From: Vicinamibacterales bacterium
GTDB taxonomy: Bacteria; Acidobacteriota; Vicinamibacteria; Vicinamibacterales; UBA2999
DNA length: 64,000 nt
Reading direction: 5' to 3'
Assembly (NCBI GenBank): GCA_030680175.1
Contig: JAUXWO010000090.1
Span: 9,933 to 73,932, forward strand
The notes under the pieces are model-generated. The model saw only the letters and a list, made by a program, of their open reading frames with translations. It did not search any database and was not told where the DNA came from. The position numbers and the translations under genes were made by a program. Shown one piece after another: positions 8,494 through 17,149 of the stretch. The number at the start of each line of letters is the position of its first letter. Position 1 is the stretch's first letter.

Positions 8494-10644
8494 CTACTGA
8501 CGGAACCACCCGGCGAGACGGCGGAGAAATGTCTCCCGGTCGTGCAGGTCGCACGTGTCGACGGGCGCCGTGCCGCGCACGAAGTGCTCCCAGTAGACCG
8601 TCGAGCGCTCCTCGATCGACCCGTCGTCGCGCACGCTCTGCACCGCGCGACAGCCCTCGTCTGCCCGCAGGCCGCTGAGGCGACAGATCTCGACGTTGGT
8701 CAGCGTGGCCGGCGCCGTGAGCCATGACGCGCGGTGGCCTTTCGTGGCGGCCTTCATGAAGGCCGTCCACATCGGCACCGCCACGTCGCCGGCGTACCCG
8801 TTGCGCATGATCGGCTGCGGCTGGTCGAACCCGACCCAGACGCCGGCCACGAGCCTCGGCGTGAAGCCGACGAACCACGCGTCGTGGTAGTCGTTGGTCG
8901 TGCCGGTCTTGCCGCCCGCCGGCATCCGGTAGCCGAGTTGCCGCACGCGCCAGCCCGTGCCGCCGTCAATGACGCCCGCCAGCATGCTTGCCATCTGGAA
9001 CGCCGTCGCGGGGGTGACGACCTGGCGGCTGTCGTCGACCGCCTGGTAGAGCACCGTGCCCTCGGCGTCCTCGACCCGCCGGATCAACACGGGTGCATGC
9101 CGCACGCCGCCGGCGGCGAACACGCCAAACGCCGAGGTCATGGCCTGCAGCGTCACTTCCCCCGCGCCGAGCGCGAGCGACGGGACCGCGGGCATGACGC
9201 CGATCCCGAGGTCCGCCGCCGTCTGCACCGCATGACCGACGCCGAGATCCTGCAGCATGCGCACCGCGGCGCGGTTGCTCGACACCTTGATCGCCTCGCG
9301 CATGGTCATCGAGACGGCGTCGACGCGGCCGTCATCGGGTGTCCATGCGCCGCTCGCGAGCTGGATGGGCTCGTCGAGCCGGTCGATGATCGTCGCGGGG
9401 GTGTAGCCGGCTTCGAGCGCCGCCGCATAGACAAACGGCTTGAACACCGACCCCGGCTGGCGCAGCGCGTGCACGGCGCGGTTGAAGTTGCTGTCGGCGA
9501 AGCTGCGGCCGCCGACCATCGCGCGGACGTGGCCGTTGCGCGGGTCGATGGCCACCAGCGCGCCCTGCAGCACCGGGGCGCCGGCCGCGCGCACCGTCTT
9601 GCCGCGGCGGTCGAGGTCGGCGAGCGTCTGCTGGACCGCGGCCTCCGCGGCCTTCTGCATCGCGGGATCCAGCGTGGTGTAGACCGTCAGCCCGCCCTGG
9701 TACACCCGGTCGCGGCCGAACCGCTCGATGAGCTCGAGCCGTGCCTGCTCGCGGAAGTACGGGCCAATCGGCGCGGCGCGGCGCAGCCCGTCGTGGAGCG
9801 CCACCGGCTCGTCGAGCGCGTCCGTCCGCGTCGCGTCGTCGATGACGCCCGCGTCGCGCATCACCGTCAGCACGAGGTCGCGACGCGCGACGGCCCGCTC
9901 GGGATTCGTCGTCGGCGCGTACGTCGTCGGCGCCTTGACGAGGCCGGCCAGCAGGGCCGCCTCCGACAGCGTGAGCTCGCGCGCGGCCTTCCCGAAATAG
10001 CCGAGGGCCGCGGCTTCCGCGCCGTAGAGCCCGGCGCCGAAGTAGACCTTGTTCAGATAGAGCCCGAGGATCTGGTCCTTCGTGTACTCGCGCTCGATGC
10101 GCAGCGCGAGCACCACCTCCTGCAGCTTCCGCGTGTAGGTCTTCTGCGACGAGAGCAGGCTCTGGCGCGCGAGCTGCTGCGTCAGGGTGCTGGCGCCCTG
10201 AGCGCGACGGCCTTCACGCAGGTTCGCCAGCATCGCCCCGAAGACGCGCACCAGATCGATGCCGTCGTGGTCGTAGAAGCGCTGGTCTTCCAGGGCGATG
10301 AGGGCCGAGACGAGGTGCGGGGACACGGCATCGAGCGGCACCTCGATGCGCCGCTCGTCGTAGATCTGGAACACGTGCTCATCGTTGGCGTCGAGGAACA
10401 TCGTCGCCTTCGGCATCTCGCCGAGGCCACGCACCGCGTCTCGGTCGGGCAGGCCCGAGAGGACGGCAACGCCGATCCAGAGTGTGCCCACGGCCGCGAC
10501 GGCGTGCGCCGCCACCCCGAGCACGGCCACCCCCAGAAACGCACGCGGGAAGGCGGCCGCCAGACACCTGGCACGGTGAGCGAACCGGGACGCCGTGAGC
10601 GCGTCGAGACGTGAAGCCATGCCGCCAGCCAGAGCAATTCGCAC
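8494..10644 (-). CDS. mrcA: Penicillin-binding protein 1A (bifunctional glycosyltransferase/transpeptidase)
   Basis: GT51 motifs EDQRFYDHDGID and GASTLTQQLAR are present. The transpeptidase domain has a SxxK-type PGSVFKP motif. The start may instead be the ATG at 10620. Confidence 0.9.
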   Translation of the reverse strand: MRIALAGGMASRLDALTASRFAHRARCLAAAFPRAFLGVAVLGVAAHAVAAVGTLWIGVAVLSGLPDRDAVRGLGEMPKATMFLDANDEHVFQIYDERRIEVPLDAVSPHLVSALIALEDQRFYDHDGIDLVRVFGAMLANLREGRRAQGASTLTQQLARQSLLSSQKTYTRKLQEVVLALRIEREYTKDQILGLYLNKVYFGAGLYGAEAAALGYFGKAARELTLSEAALLAGLVKAPTTYAPTTNPERAVARRDLVLTVMRDAGVIDDATRTDALDEPVALHDGLRRAAPIGPYFREQARLELIERFGRDRVYQGGLTVYTTLDPAMQKAAEAAVQQTLADLDRRGKTVRAAGAPVLQGALVAIDPRNGHVRAMVGGRSFADSNFNRAVHALRQPGSVFKPFVYAAALEAGYTPATIIDRLDEPIQLASGAWTPDDGRVDAVSMTMREAIKVSSNRAAVRMLQDLGVGHAVQTAADLGIGVMPAVPSLALGAGEVTLQAMTSAFGVFAAGGVRHAPVLIRRVEDAEGTVLYQAVDDSRQVVTPATAFQMASMLAGVIDGGTGWRVRQLGYRMPAGGKTGTTNDYHDAWFVGFTPRLVAGVWVGFDQPQPIMRNGYAGDVAVPMWTAFMKAATKGHRASWLTAPATLTNVEICRLSGLRADEGCRAVQSVRDDGSIEERSTVYWEHFVRGTAPVDTCDLHDRETFLRRLAGWFRQ

Positions 10645-10795
10645 GCCAGGGGCGGTCCGCGCGGTCCGGCGGAGGGCGCGGGATGACTCCTCGCGCTAAC
10701 CCTCGCTCGAACAGCATGTTAGCAACGTACTGACACCGAGTTGGCCTCCGGGATGCCTCACCGGCCGGGCGCAACGACGCCCCAATATGCAGTCC

Positions 10796-11347
10796 CTACA
10801 TGCCGTTCGTGAAGAAGTGACTCGCCGGCGTGGCCAGTCCCGGGAGCACTGTCGAGACAACCGGAGCGTCCCCGCTGAAGGCCCGATGCCGCACGCGCCC
10901 CCCCGGCGCACGGGTGACGATGGTGATCCGGCGCCGGGCGGGATTCATCAGCCAGTACTCGCGGACGCCGTACTGCAGGTACCACCGAAGCTTCACGGTG
11001 CGATCCCGGGCCTCCGTGTACGGCGACTGCACCTCGACGACCAGGTCCGGCGCCCCCCACACCTGGCCGCGCACGATGCCCATGCGCGACTCCGCGATGA
11101 AGACCAGGTCGGGCTGCAGGATGAGGGCGCGCGCTTCGTCCAGGACGACATCAAGCGGCGCGATCGACACACGGCCCAGCCGGCCGGCGCTGACGTGCGC
11201 ATCGAGCGCAACGGCCGTGCGCATGACGACGGCCTGGTGATCCCAGAGCGGCGCGGGCGGCTCCCGCACCCTGCCCCAGACCAGCTCCCGGCGGCGGACC
11301 TCCTCGCGACCGGAGAGGTAACTGGACGTGGCGCGTGCGGTGGCCAT
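10796..11347 (-). CDS. Uma2-family (DUF820) PD-(D/E)xK putative endonuclease
   Basis: PDLVFIAESR...APDLVVEVQSPYTEARDRTVKLRWYLQYGVREYWLMNP matches the Uma2 pattern. The start is set at ATG 11347, which is preceded by GGGAGGA. Confidence 0.8.
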   Translation of the reverse strand: MATARATSSYLSGREEVRRRELVWGRVREPPAPLWDHQAVVMRTAVALDAHVSAGRLGRVSIAPLDVVLDEARALILQPDLVFIAESRMGIVRGQVWGAPDLVVEVQSPYTEARDRTVKLRWYLQYGVREYWLMNPARRRITIVTRAPGGRVRHRAFSGDAPVVSTVLPGLATPASHFFTNGM

Positions 11348-11479
11348 GGCATCCTCCCTCACCGACCCCCGAGGCTCCTCGCCGGGCATCGGCTTCGACG
11401 ACGACGATGCCATCGTCCGTGAGGGAAATCAACAGGGGACCCGCGCCCTCACCGAAGCGGCGCCGGTTCCTGAGGTAAG

Positions 11480-12577
11480 GTGACATCCATGACCGTCACC
11501 CGGTTTCGCAACGCCTTCCTGCTGCTCCTGGTCGTCGCGGTCTCCGTCGCCTTCTTCGCGATGGTGCGGGCGTTCCTGCTGACGATCCTGATGGCGGCGC
11601 TCTTTGCCGGCGTGTCGTATCCCCTCTACCTCTGGATGGTGCGTCAGTGCCGGGGACGCCACCGCCTGGCCGCGGTGGCCACGCTGCTCGTGCTGCTGGT
11701 GCTCGTGATGGCGCCGCTGCTCTCGGTGCTGGGCGTGGCGGCCGCCGAAGCCCTCAGGGTGAACGAGACCGTCGTGCCCCGCCTGCAGGCGCTGGTGAAT
11801 GAACCGGGCGAGCTCGAGAGCCGGCTGCGTCCGCTGCCTGGCTACGATCTCGTGTCGCCGTACCGCGATCAGATCCTGGCGAAGGCGGGCGAGGTCGCCA
11901 GCAGCGCGGGCGCGTTCGCGCTCGATGTCCTGTCGGCCACGACGCGTGCGACGGTCGTCTTCCTGTTCCATTTCGTGGTGCTGCTGTACACGATGTACTT
12001 CTTCTTCACGGACGGACCGTCCATGGTGCGCGCGGTCCTCGTGTACCTGCCGCTCACCGACGCCGACAAGGCGCGCATGCTCGACAAGTTCGTCTCGGTG
12101 GCGCGGGCCACGCTGAAGGGCACGGTGCTCATCGGCGTGGCGCAGGGCGGGTTGGCGGGCCTGGCGTTCTGGGCGGTGGGGATCGACGGCGCGGTCTTCT
12201 GGGGCACCGTCATGACGGTGCTGTCGATCATTCCCGGCATCGGCAGCGCGCTCATCTGGGTGCCGGCGGCGATCCTCCTGCTGGCGATGGGCCAGATCTG
12301 GCAGGCCGTGGCCCTGACGCTGTTCTGCGCGATTGTGGTCGGCAGCATCGACAACCTCCTGCGTCCGGTGCTGGTCGGCCGCGATACGCAGATGCACGAG
12401 TTGATGATCTTCTTCTCGACGCTCGGCGGCCTGATGCTGTTCGGCGCGGTGGGCTTCATCCTGGGCCCGATTCTCGCGGCGCTGTTCGTGACGGTGTGGG
12501 AGATGTTCGGCACGACGTTCCGCGGCGAACTGGCGGAACCAGGGCCCCCCCCGTCGCACCGCGCGCCGGGCGCCTGA
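11480..12577 (+). CDS. AI-2E family (PerM/UPF0118) transporter
   Basis: The protein is multi-TM. The C-terminal block GSIDNLLRPVLVGRDTQMHELMIFFSTLGGLMLFGAVGFILGPIL is typical of the family. ATG 11489 is an alternative start. Confidence 0.85.
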   Translation: MTSMTVTRFRNAFLLLLVVAVSVAFFAMVRAFLLTILMAALFAGVSYPLYLWMVRQCRGRHRLAAVATLLVLLVLVMAPLLSVLGVAAAEALRVNETVVPRLQALVNEPGELESRLRPLPGYDLVSPYRDQILAKAGEVASSAGAFALDVLSATTRATVVFLFHFVVLLYTMYFFFTDGPSMVRAVLVYLPLTDADKARMLDKFVSVARATLKGTVLIGVAQGGLAGLAFWAVGIDGAVFWGTVMTVLSIIPGIGSALIWVPAAILLLAMGQIWQAVALTLFCAIVVGSIDNLLRPVLVGRDTQMHELMIFFSTLGGLMLFGAVGFILGPILAALFVTVWEMFGTTFRGELAEPGPPPSHRAPGA

Positions 12578-12587
12578 ACGGCGCCTG

Positions 12588-12887
12588 TCAGCCCACCTGC
12601 CGGAAGAGGCGCACCTCGGCCCGGCGCGTCATCGCAGACAGCCGGCGCTCCCGCTCCTGCACGATACCGTGGTCAACCAGGCGGTCGCCCTCACGTGTCG
12701 TCATCGCGCCGGTGTGGGTGCGGCGGGCGTGCTCGTACGGCGCGCCCAGGTACCGGAGCGTCGCCTCGGTCGCCGCTTCGGCACGCGCCCCGGACCACTC
12801 CAGATAGCCGAGCTCCTCCACCCGTGACAGCAGGCGGCCGCACACCGCCACCACCACCCCCAGAACAACGGCCAGCGAAAGCATCAT
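12588..12887 (-). CDS. Hypothetical small membrane protein
   Basis: 99 aa with an N-terminal hydrophobic helix (MMLSLAVVLGVVVAV). AGGGGG lies 8 nt upstream of the ATG. It sits directly downstream of the sortase gene. I recognised no homology. Confidence 0.45.
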   Translation of the reverse strand: MMLSLAVVLGVVVAVCGRLLSRVEELGYLEWSGARAEAATEATLRYLGAPYEHARRTHTGAMTTREGDRLVDHGIVQERERRLSAMTRRAEVRLFRQVG

Positions 12888-12960
12888 CGTCGGCCCCCTT
12901 TCGGCAATGGGGTCTACTCTGCTGCCCCGGTGGCATCCTCCGCTGTCCTGTATTGAACGG

Positions 12961-13572
12961 CTAGCCCGGCCGTGAGGTTTCGCGGGCGCGCACGATGAAG
13001 CGGTCGGGCGCGGAGCCCAGCCATGTGAAGGGGAAGCAGGTGATGAGGGTCAGGGTCGGCTCGGCCGTCGGGGCGAGCACCTCGACGGCGGTCGGCGGGA
13101 CGACCGACGTCGCCTCCACGATGTAGGTGAACATGCCGCGCGCCGTGCGCAGCGAGATCGTGTCCCCCGTCCGCACGTCCTTCAGCGCCCGAAAGAACGT
13201 GTCGCGGTGGCCGGCCAGCACGACATTGCCTTCGTCGCCCGGCCACGCCGTGCCCGGCAGATGGCCGACGGCCCGTCGCAGGGTCGACGAGGACGACCCG
13301 TGGACGACCATCGCGTCCAGGCCGAGGCGATCGATGCGGACCTCGCCGACCGGATCGCCGTCGACCGGGAGAGCGAGGATCGCCGTCTCCACCTCAGGCC
13401 CCGCGCCACGGGTGGACAGGTCCGCCGCGGGCGGACTGATCAGCGCGACGTGAGCGGCACGTTGAAAGGCCTGCGCCTCGTTCACCGTGTACGCCACGTA
13501 GCCGAGCGCCAGCAGCCCCGCGACCCCGAGCACGAGCGCCGCGAACCGGGCGAGTGAACGGGAGAGGGTCAT
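12961..13572 (-). CDS. Sortase-family transpeptidase
   Basis: VLAGHRDTFFRALKDV carries the catalytic His region. TLTLITCFPF is the TLxTC Cys motif, and RFIVRA contains the Arg. It has an N-terminal TM anchor. The start is set at ATG 13572 with GGAG upstream. Confidence 0.8.
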   Translation of the reverse strand: MTLSRSLARFAALVLGVAGLLALGYVAYTVNEAQAFQRAAHVALISPPAADLSTRGAGPEVETAILALPVDGDPVGEVRIDRLGLDAMVVHGSSSSTLRRAVGHLPGTAWPGDEGNVVLAGHRDTFFRALKDVRTGDTISLRTARGMFTYIVEATSVVPPTAVEVLAPTAEPTLTLITCFPFTWLGSAPDRFIVRARETSRPG

Positions 13573-13641
13573 GCGTGGCTCCATGGCATCGGGGAAGGGG
13601 CACGCGCCGCGGGCATGGCCCGCGACGCGCACACGACACGC

Positions 13642-13753
13642 ACTAGTGGAATGTATCGGCTGAAGAGGTACTACCAGCGCCTCTGCTCAGCCGCGATTCT
13701 GCGGGCCGCCCAACGGGCGGCCCGGTAGTAGATCGTCAACGACACGCCACTAG
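13642..13753. repeat. ~112-bp palindromic MITE/REP-like element, copy A
   Basis: About 95% identical to 60474-60585. It is bounded by ctag...ctag with inverted ends (ctagtgg / ccactag). The central hairpin is gggccgccc-aac-gggcggccc. Confidence 0.85.
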
Positions 13754-14457
13754 ACGGTGGTGGTCTGACGGCCGAACACCATCAGGCCCATGGCCGCGAA
13801 GATGCTGCCGATGCCGAACAGGACGAGCAGCGGCAGGGAGCTGGCCGTGCGCGGCAGCTCCCGAGTGTCCTCCACGGGCTGGGTGACCACGGCGGCCTCC
13901 GGCTGACGCGCCGCCGTCGCGGCGGGCGGCTGAAGGGCCACGGCAACCGGAGGGTTCACCTCGTCGGCCTCCACGGTCACGATCGGCGCCGTCCTGAGCG
14001 CCATCGCATCATCGGCGGCCGCCTCCGTCGACGGCACCGCGGTGTGCGCCTGCTTCGCCAGGGCCACGGCGCGATCGCGCGGGTAGACGAACTCGTGCCC
14101 GACGGTGTTGTTCGGGTGGAACCAGGCGCGAATCGCCTGCGGGGCGCCCGTCGGCGTGTCGCCGTAGGTGATCAGCGTCTCATTCGTCCTGTCGAGACGG
14201 TAGTGGGGAATCGCCATCACGGTCGCGAGGATGCGCGCGCCGTCGACGGTCGAGATCTGCACGACGTGGCGGTCGACCATCGAATCGAGCAGGGTGAAGG
14301 CGTACGTGCCCGCGGGCAGCACCTGGCCCGGAATCTCGATCGGGCCGGCGAAGGTGTGCGTGGCGGTCGTGTCCGGCTGCGCGGCGACGGCCTCGGGGGC
14401 CGCGGTGAACGCGGCGAGCGAGAGCGCGAGGCCGATCCAAAGGGTCTGCTTGATCAT
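13750..14457 (-). CDS. Secreted protein with C-terminal sortase-type sorting signal (LPRTAS + TM + basic tail)
   Basis: ORF 13750..14505 trimmed to ATG 14457. The signal peptide is MIKQTLWIGLALSLAAFTAAPEAVAA. The C-terminus is ELPRTASSLPLLVLFGIGSIFAAMGLMVFGRQ. Confidence 0.7.
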   Translation of the reverse strand: MIKQTLWIGLALSLAAFTAAPEAVAAQPDTTATHTFAGPIEIPGQVLPAGTYAFTLLDSMVDRHVVQISTVDGARILATVMAIPHYRLDRTNETLITYGDTPTGAPQAIRAWFHPNNTVGHEFVYPRDRAVALAKQAHTAVPSTEAAADDAMALRTAPIVTVEADEVNPPVAVALQPPAATAARQPEAAVVTQPVEDTRELPRTASSLPLLVLFGIGSIFAAMGLMVFGRQTTTV

Positions 14458-14704
14458 GGGTGGTCCGTCTGCTTTCTGTACTTCGTGGACGAAGATGTGC
14501 GTCACGAGGAGCGAGAGGGGAAGGGAGGGCGTGTCGCTCCTCTCTCAGCAGCTTGGCACGAAGCCCCGCGAGGCGGTGTGCAGTCCAAGACACACACGGG
14601 AGGCGCGCGCAGGCATCCCCGCGAGGCGGGCGTGGGCGCCGAGGTCGTGGAAGGCGGAAACTGAAAAAGGCCTTGCTGGCGGACCAGCAAGGCCTTCTCA
14701 GTGT

Positions 14705-14781
<77 letters not shown>

Positions 14782-14782
14782 A

Positions 14783-14966
14783 GATAGATCGACCGATCTC
14801 GTGATGTGGTGATCTCGAGATCTCGAATCTTGCGATGTTGCTTCGAACCTCTATTTATCTCGCGATTCTACGATGTCCCGGCGATCATCCGGTAGATCAC
14901 CGCATCGCAGCATCCGAACATTTCGGTCACCACATCACCACATCACGAGATCCGTAGATTCCGAAC
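14783..14966. repeat. Inter-tRNA spacer with GATCT/GTGATGTG-type short repeats and a perfect 19-bp inverted repeat
   Basis: gatctcgtgatgtggtgat (14795-14813) is the exact reverse complement of atcaccacatcacgagatc (14934-14952). Confidence 0.85.
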
Positions 14967-15042
14967 TGGTGGGCGGTACAGGACTCGAACCTGTGACGGC
15001 CGGCGTGTAAAGCCGGAGCTCTACCAACTGAGCTAACCGCCC
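14967..15042 (-). tRNA. tRNA-Val (anticodon TAC)
   Basis: In the reverse complement the acceptor stem is GGGCGGT/ACCGCCC. The anticodon stem-loop is CCGGC-TTTACAC-GCCGG, the T-loop is GGTTCGAGTCC, and CCA is encoded. Confidence 0.9.
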
Positions 15043-15101
15043 GGCTCCCTGCGCCGCGACCAGCACAGAAGCACAATTGTAGTGGGCCTTGGGGCGGCGC
15101 G

Positions 15102-15617
15102 TCAATTCCCTATCGCCGCCTTCACCGCGAGCAGGCCCAACCCCACCGCGACCCCCACCATGGTGTGGTGCTCGCGGTTGTAGACGGCGCGCGCCCAGCT
15201 CCAGGCCCGGGTGTCGGGCGCCACCCGCCGCTCGGCGTAGGCATCGTAGGCGTCGCCAAACTTCTCGCGCAGGTGCGCCTCTTCGGCACGCATGGCCGCC
15301 GTGATGGTCGTGCCGAGATACAGGGCCGCGAGCCCCGCCACCCAGACGTTCGCACTGGCAATCGCCATCCCGGCGCCGATGAACGAGGAGCCGAGATACA
15401 GGGGATGGCGCGTGAAGCGATACGGCCCCGAACTCGTGACCTCGCGGCTCTTCTCGAGATGGCCCGCGGCCCAGACCCGAATCGCCTCGCCAACCGCGGC
15501 CACGAACGCCCCGGCCGCGAGCATCGGCCACGTGGGCGAGGCCAGCCACAGGACCAGCGCGCCGCACACGAACCCGAGCGTGACCCGCCAGCGCGCCAGC
15601 AGCCGCGTGATCGTCAT
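15102..15617 (-). CDS. Isoprenylcysteine carboxyl / phospholipid methyltransferase-family membrane methyltransferase
   Basis: ORF 15102..15731 trimmed to ATG 15617, which overlaps the upstream stop (ATGA). The motif SGPYRFTRHPLYLG...EEAHLREKFGDAYDAY is typical of the ICMT/PEMT family. Confidence 0.8.
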   Translation of the reverse strand: MTITRLLARWRVTLGFVCGALVLWLASPTWPMLAAGAFVAAVGEAIRVWAAGHLEKSREVTSSGPYRFTRHPLYLGSSFIGAGMAIASANVWVAGLAALYLGTTITAAMRAEEAHLREKFGDAYDAYAERRVAPDTRAWSWARAVYNREHHTMVGVAVGLGLLAVKAAIGN

Positions 15618-16657
15618 GCCGCGCGCCCCCGCGCGAGCCGGCGCTGCACGGCGCCGAACACGTTGTCGACCGAGATGTCGTCGAGACACCGCCGCTCGCG
15701 GCCGCACTGCCGCTTGTGATGGCACCCGCACGACGGCGCGCGCGAGATCACTTCATCGTCGCCGCTCCAGGGGCCATTGCGCTCGGGCCACGTCGGGCCG
15801 AAGACGCCGACGATCGGCGTCCCGACCGCGGCGGCCAGATGCAGCGGCCCCGTGTCGCCGGAGACCAGGAGCGCCGCGCGGGCCCCGAGCGCCACGACGT
15901 CGCCAATCGTCGTCGCCGGCGCCTGCTCGGCGGCGCCGCGCGATCGCGCCACGACCTCCTCGGCCAGGGCCTCTTCGCCCGGCCCCCACAGCACCCGGGA
16001 CGGGAGGCCCAGGTGTTCCTGAATCCGTGCGGCCAGCTCGCCGAAGCGCGCGGGCTCCCACCGCTTGTTGGGCCAGCCGCCGCCGGGGTTGAGCAGCACG
16101 AACCGCCCCTCCGGCGCCGCGGCCGCGACCTCGTCGGCGACCGTTGACGCGGGGGTCACGATCGGGACGCGCACCGAGGCCGGCGGGGTGATGCCGAGCG
16201 CGGAGAGCACGTGCAGGTTCTTGCGCACGACGTGCGCGCGGCGGTCGGTGGGCACGCGTTCCCCAAGCAGCCACGCGGCCTGGCGCTCGCGCAGCCCGGC
16301 GCGATCGAATCCGATCACGCGACGCGCACCCGACGCGCGCGCCAGTGCGGCCGACTTCAACAGCCCCTGCAGGTCGAGCGCCACGTCGTAGCGGCGGCGG
16401 CGGAGGGCGCGCACGGCGGCGAGCCAGCCGGCCGCCGTGCCCGTGAACGCCTGGCGCGGGCCGTCGACACCGGCGGCGGGCGCCCGCACCACGATGCGTC
16501 CATGCAGGCCCTCGACCAGGTCCAGCACGGACTCGTACCGCGCGTCGACGACCCAGTCGATTTCGGCGTCTGGCTGCGCGTCACGCAGCGCGGCCAGCAC
16601 GGGCAGGGCATGCACGATATCGCCCAGGGCGCTCAATCTGACGATGAGGACTCGCAT
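15614..16657 (-). CDS. waaC: ADP-heptose:LPS heptosyltransferase (GT9), WaaC-like
   Basis: The N-terminus MRVLIVRLSALGDIVHALPVLAALR resembles heptosyltransferase I. The C-terminal GDTGPLHLAAAVGTP is a GT9 motif. Confidence 0.75.
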   Translation of the reverse strand: MRVLIVRLSALGDIVHALPVLAALRDAQPDAEIDWVVDARYESVLDLVEGLHGRIVVRAPAAGVDGPRQAFTGTAAGWLAAVRALRRRRYDVALDLQGLLKSAALARASGARRVIGFDRAGLRERQAAWLLGERVPTDRRAHVVRKNLHVLSALGITPPASVRVPIVTPASTVADEVAAAAPEGRFVLLNPGGGWPNKRWEPARFGELAARIQEHLGLPSRVLWGPGEEALAEEVVARSRGAAEQAPATTIGDVVALGARAALLVSGDTGPLHLAAAVGTPIVGVFGPTWPERNGPWSGDDEVISRAPSCGCHHKRQCGRERRCLDDISVDNVFGAVQRRLARGRAA

Positions 16658-16675
16658 GACGGTCGACGCGGCTGG

Positions 16676-17149
16676 CTACCCGGCGGGGGCGATGCGCGAA
16701 AGCAGATCGCGCGTGGAGTGATCCTTGGGATCGCCAACGATGGCGATGCGTCCGCCGTAGGCGCGCACGGTCTCGCGCTCGGGGACGGTGTCGACCGTGT
16801 AGTCGGTGCCCTTGCAGTGCACGTCGGGCCGCAGCCGTTCGAGCAGCGGCGTCACGGTCGGTTCGGGGAAGATCACCACGTAGTCCACGGCGCCGAGCGC
16901 CGCCACGAGTTCGGCGCGGTCGGCGGCCGGCAGCACGGGACGCGACGGCCCCTTCAGCGTCCGCACCGACCGATCGTCATTGACCGCCACGATCAGGCGA
17001 TCGGCCTCACGGCGCGCGGCCTCGAGGTAGCGCACATGGCCCACGTGCAGCAGATCGAAGCAGCCGTTCGCGAACGCGACCGTCCGCCCCGCCGCGCGAT
17101 CGGCCGCCACACGCACGGCCACGTCCTCCCGGCTCAGGATCTCACCCAC
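16676..17149 (-). CDS. hldC: D-glycero-beta-D-manno-heptose 1-phosphate adenylyltransferase (RfaE domain II)
   Basis: The cytidylyltransferase motif is [18 protein letters not shown]. The protein is 157 aa with a GTG start at 17149. Confidence 0.9.
   Translation of the reverse strand: MGEILSREDVAVRVAADRAAGRTVAFANGCFDLLHVGHVRYLEAARREADRLIVAVNDDRSVRTLKGPSRPVLPAADRAELVAALGAVDYVVIFPEPTVTPLLERLRPDVHCKGTDYTVDTVPERETVRAYGGRIAIVGDPKDHSTRDLLSRIAPAG

Noticed and set aside
7721-8878. ORFs giving GEWGVGSGEW or PLPTPHSPLPTPH repeat peptides (collagen- or PT-repeat-like)
   Set aside because: The repeat period is 7 nt rather than a multiple of 3, so the peptide repeat is a by-product. These ORFs also overlap holB and PBP1A out of frame.
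11429-12559. 376-aa minus-strand ORF opposite the AI-2E transporter
   Set aside because: It is extremely R/H/E/Q-rich with no hydrophobic core. The plus-strand frame has clear transporter motifs and TM helices.
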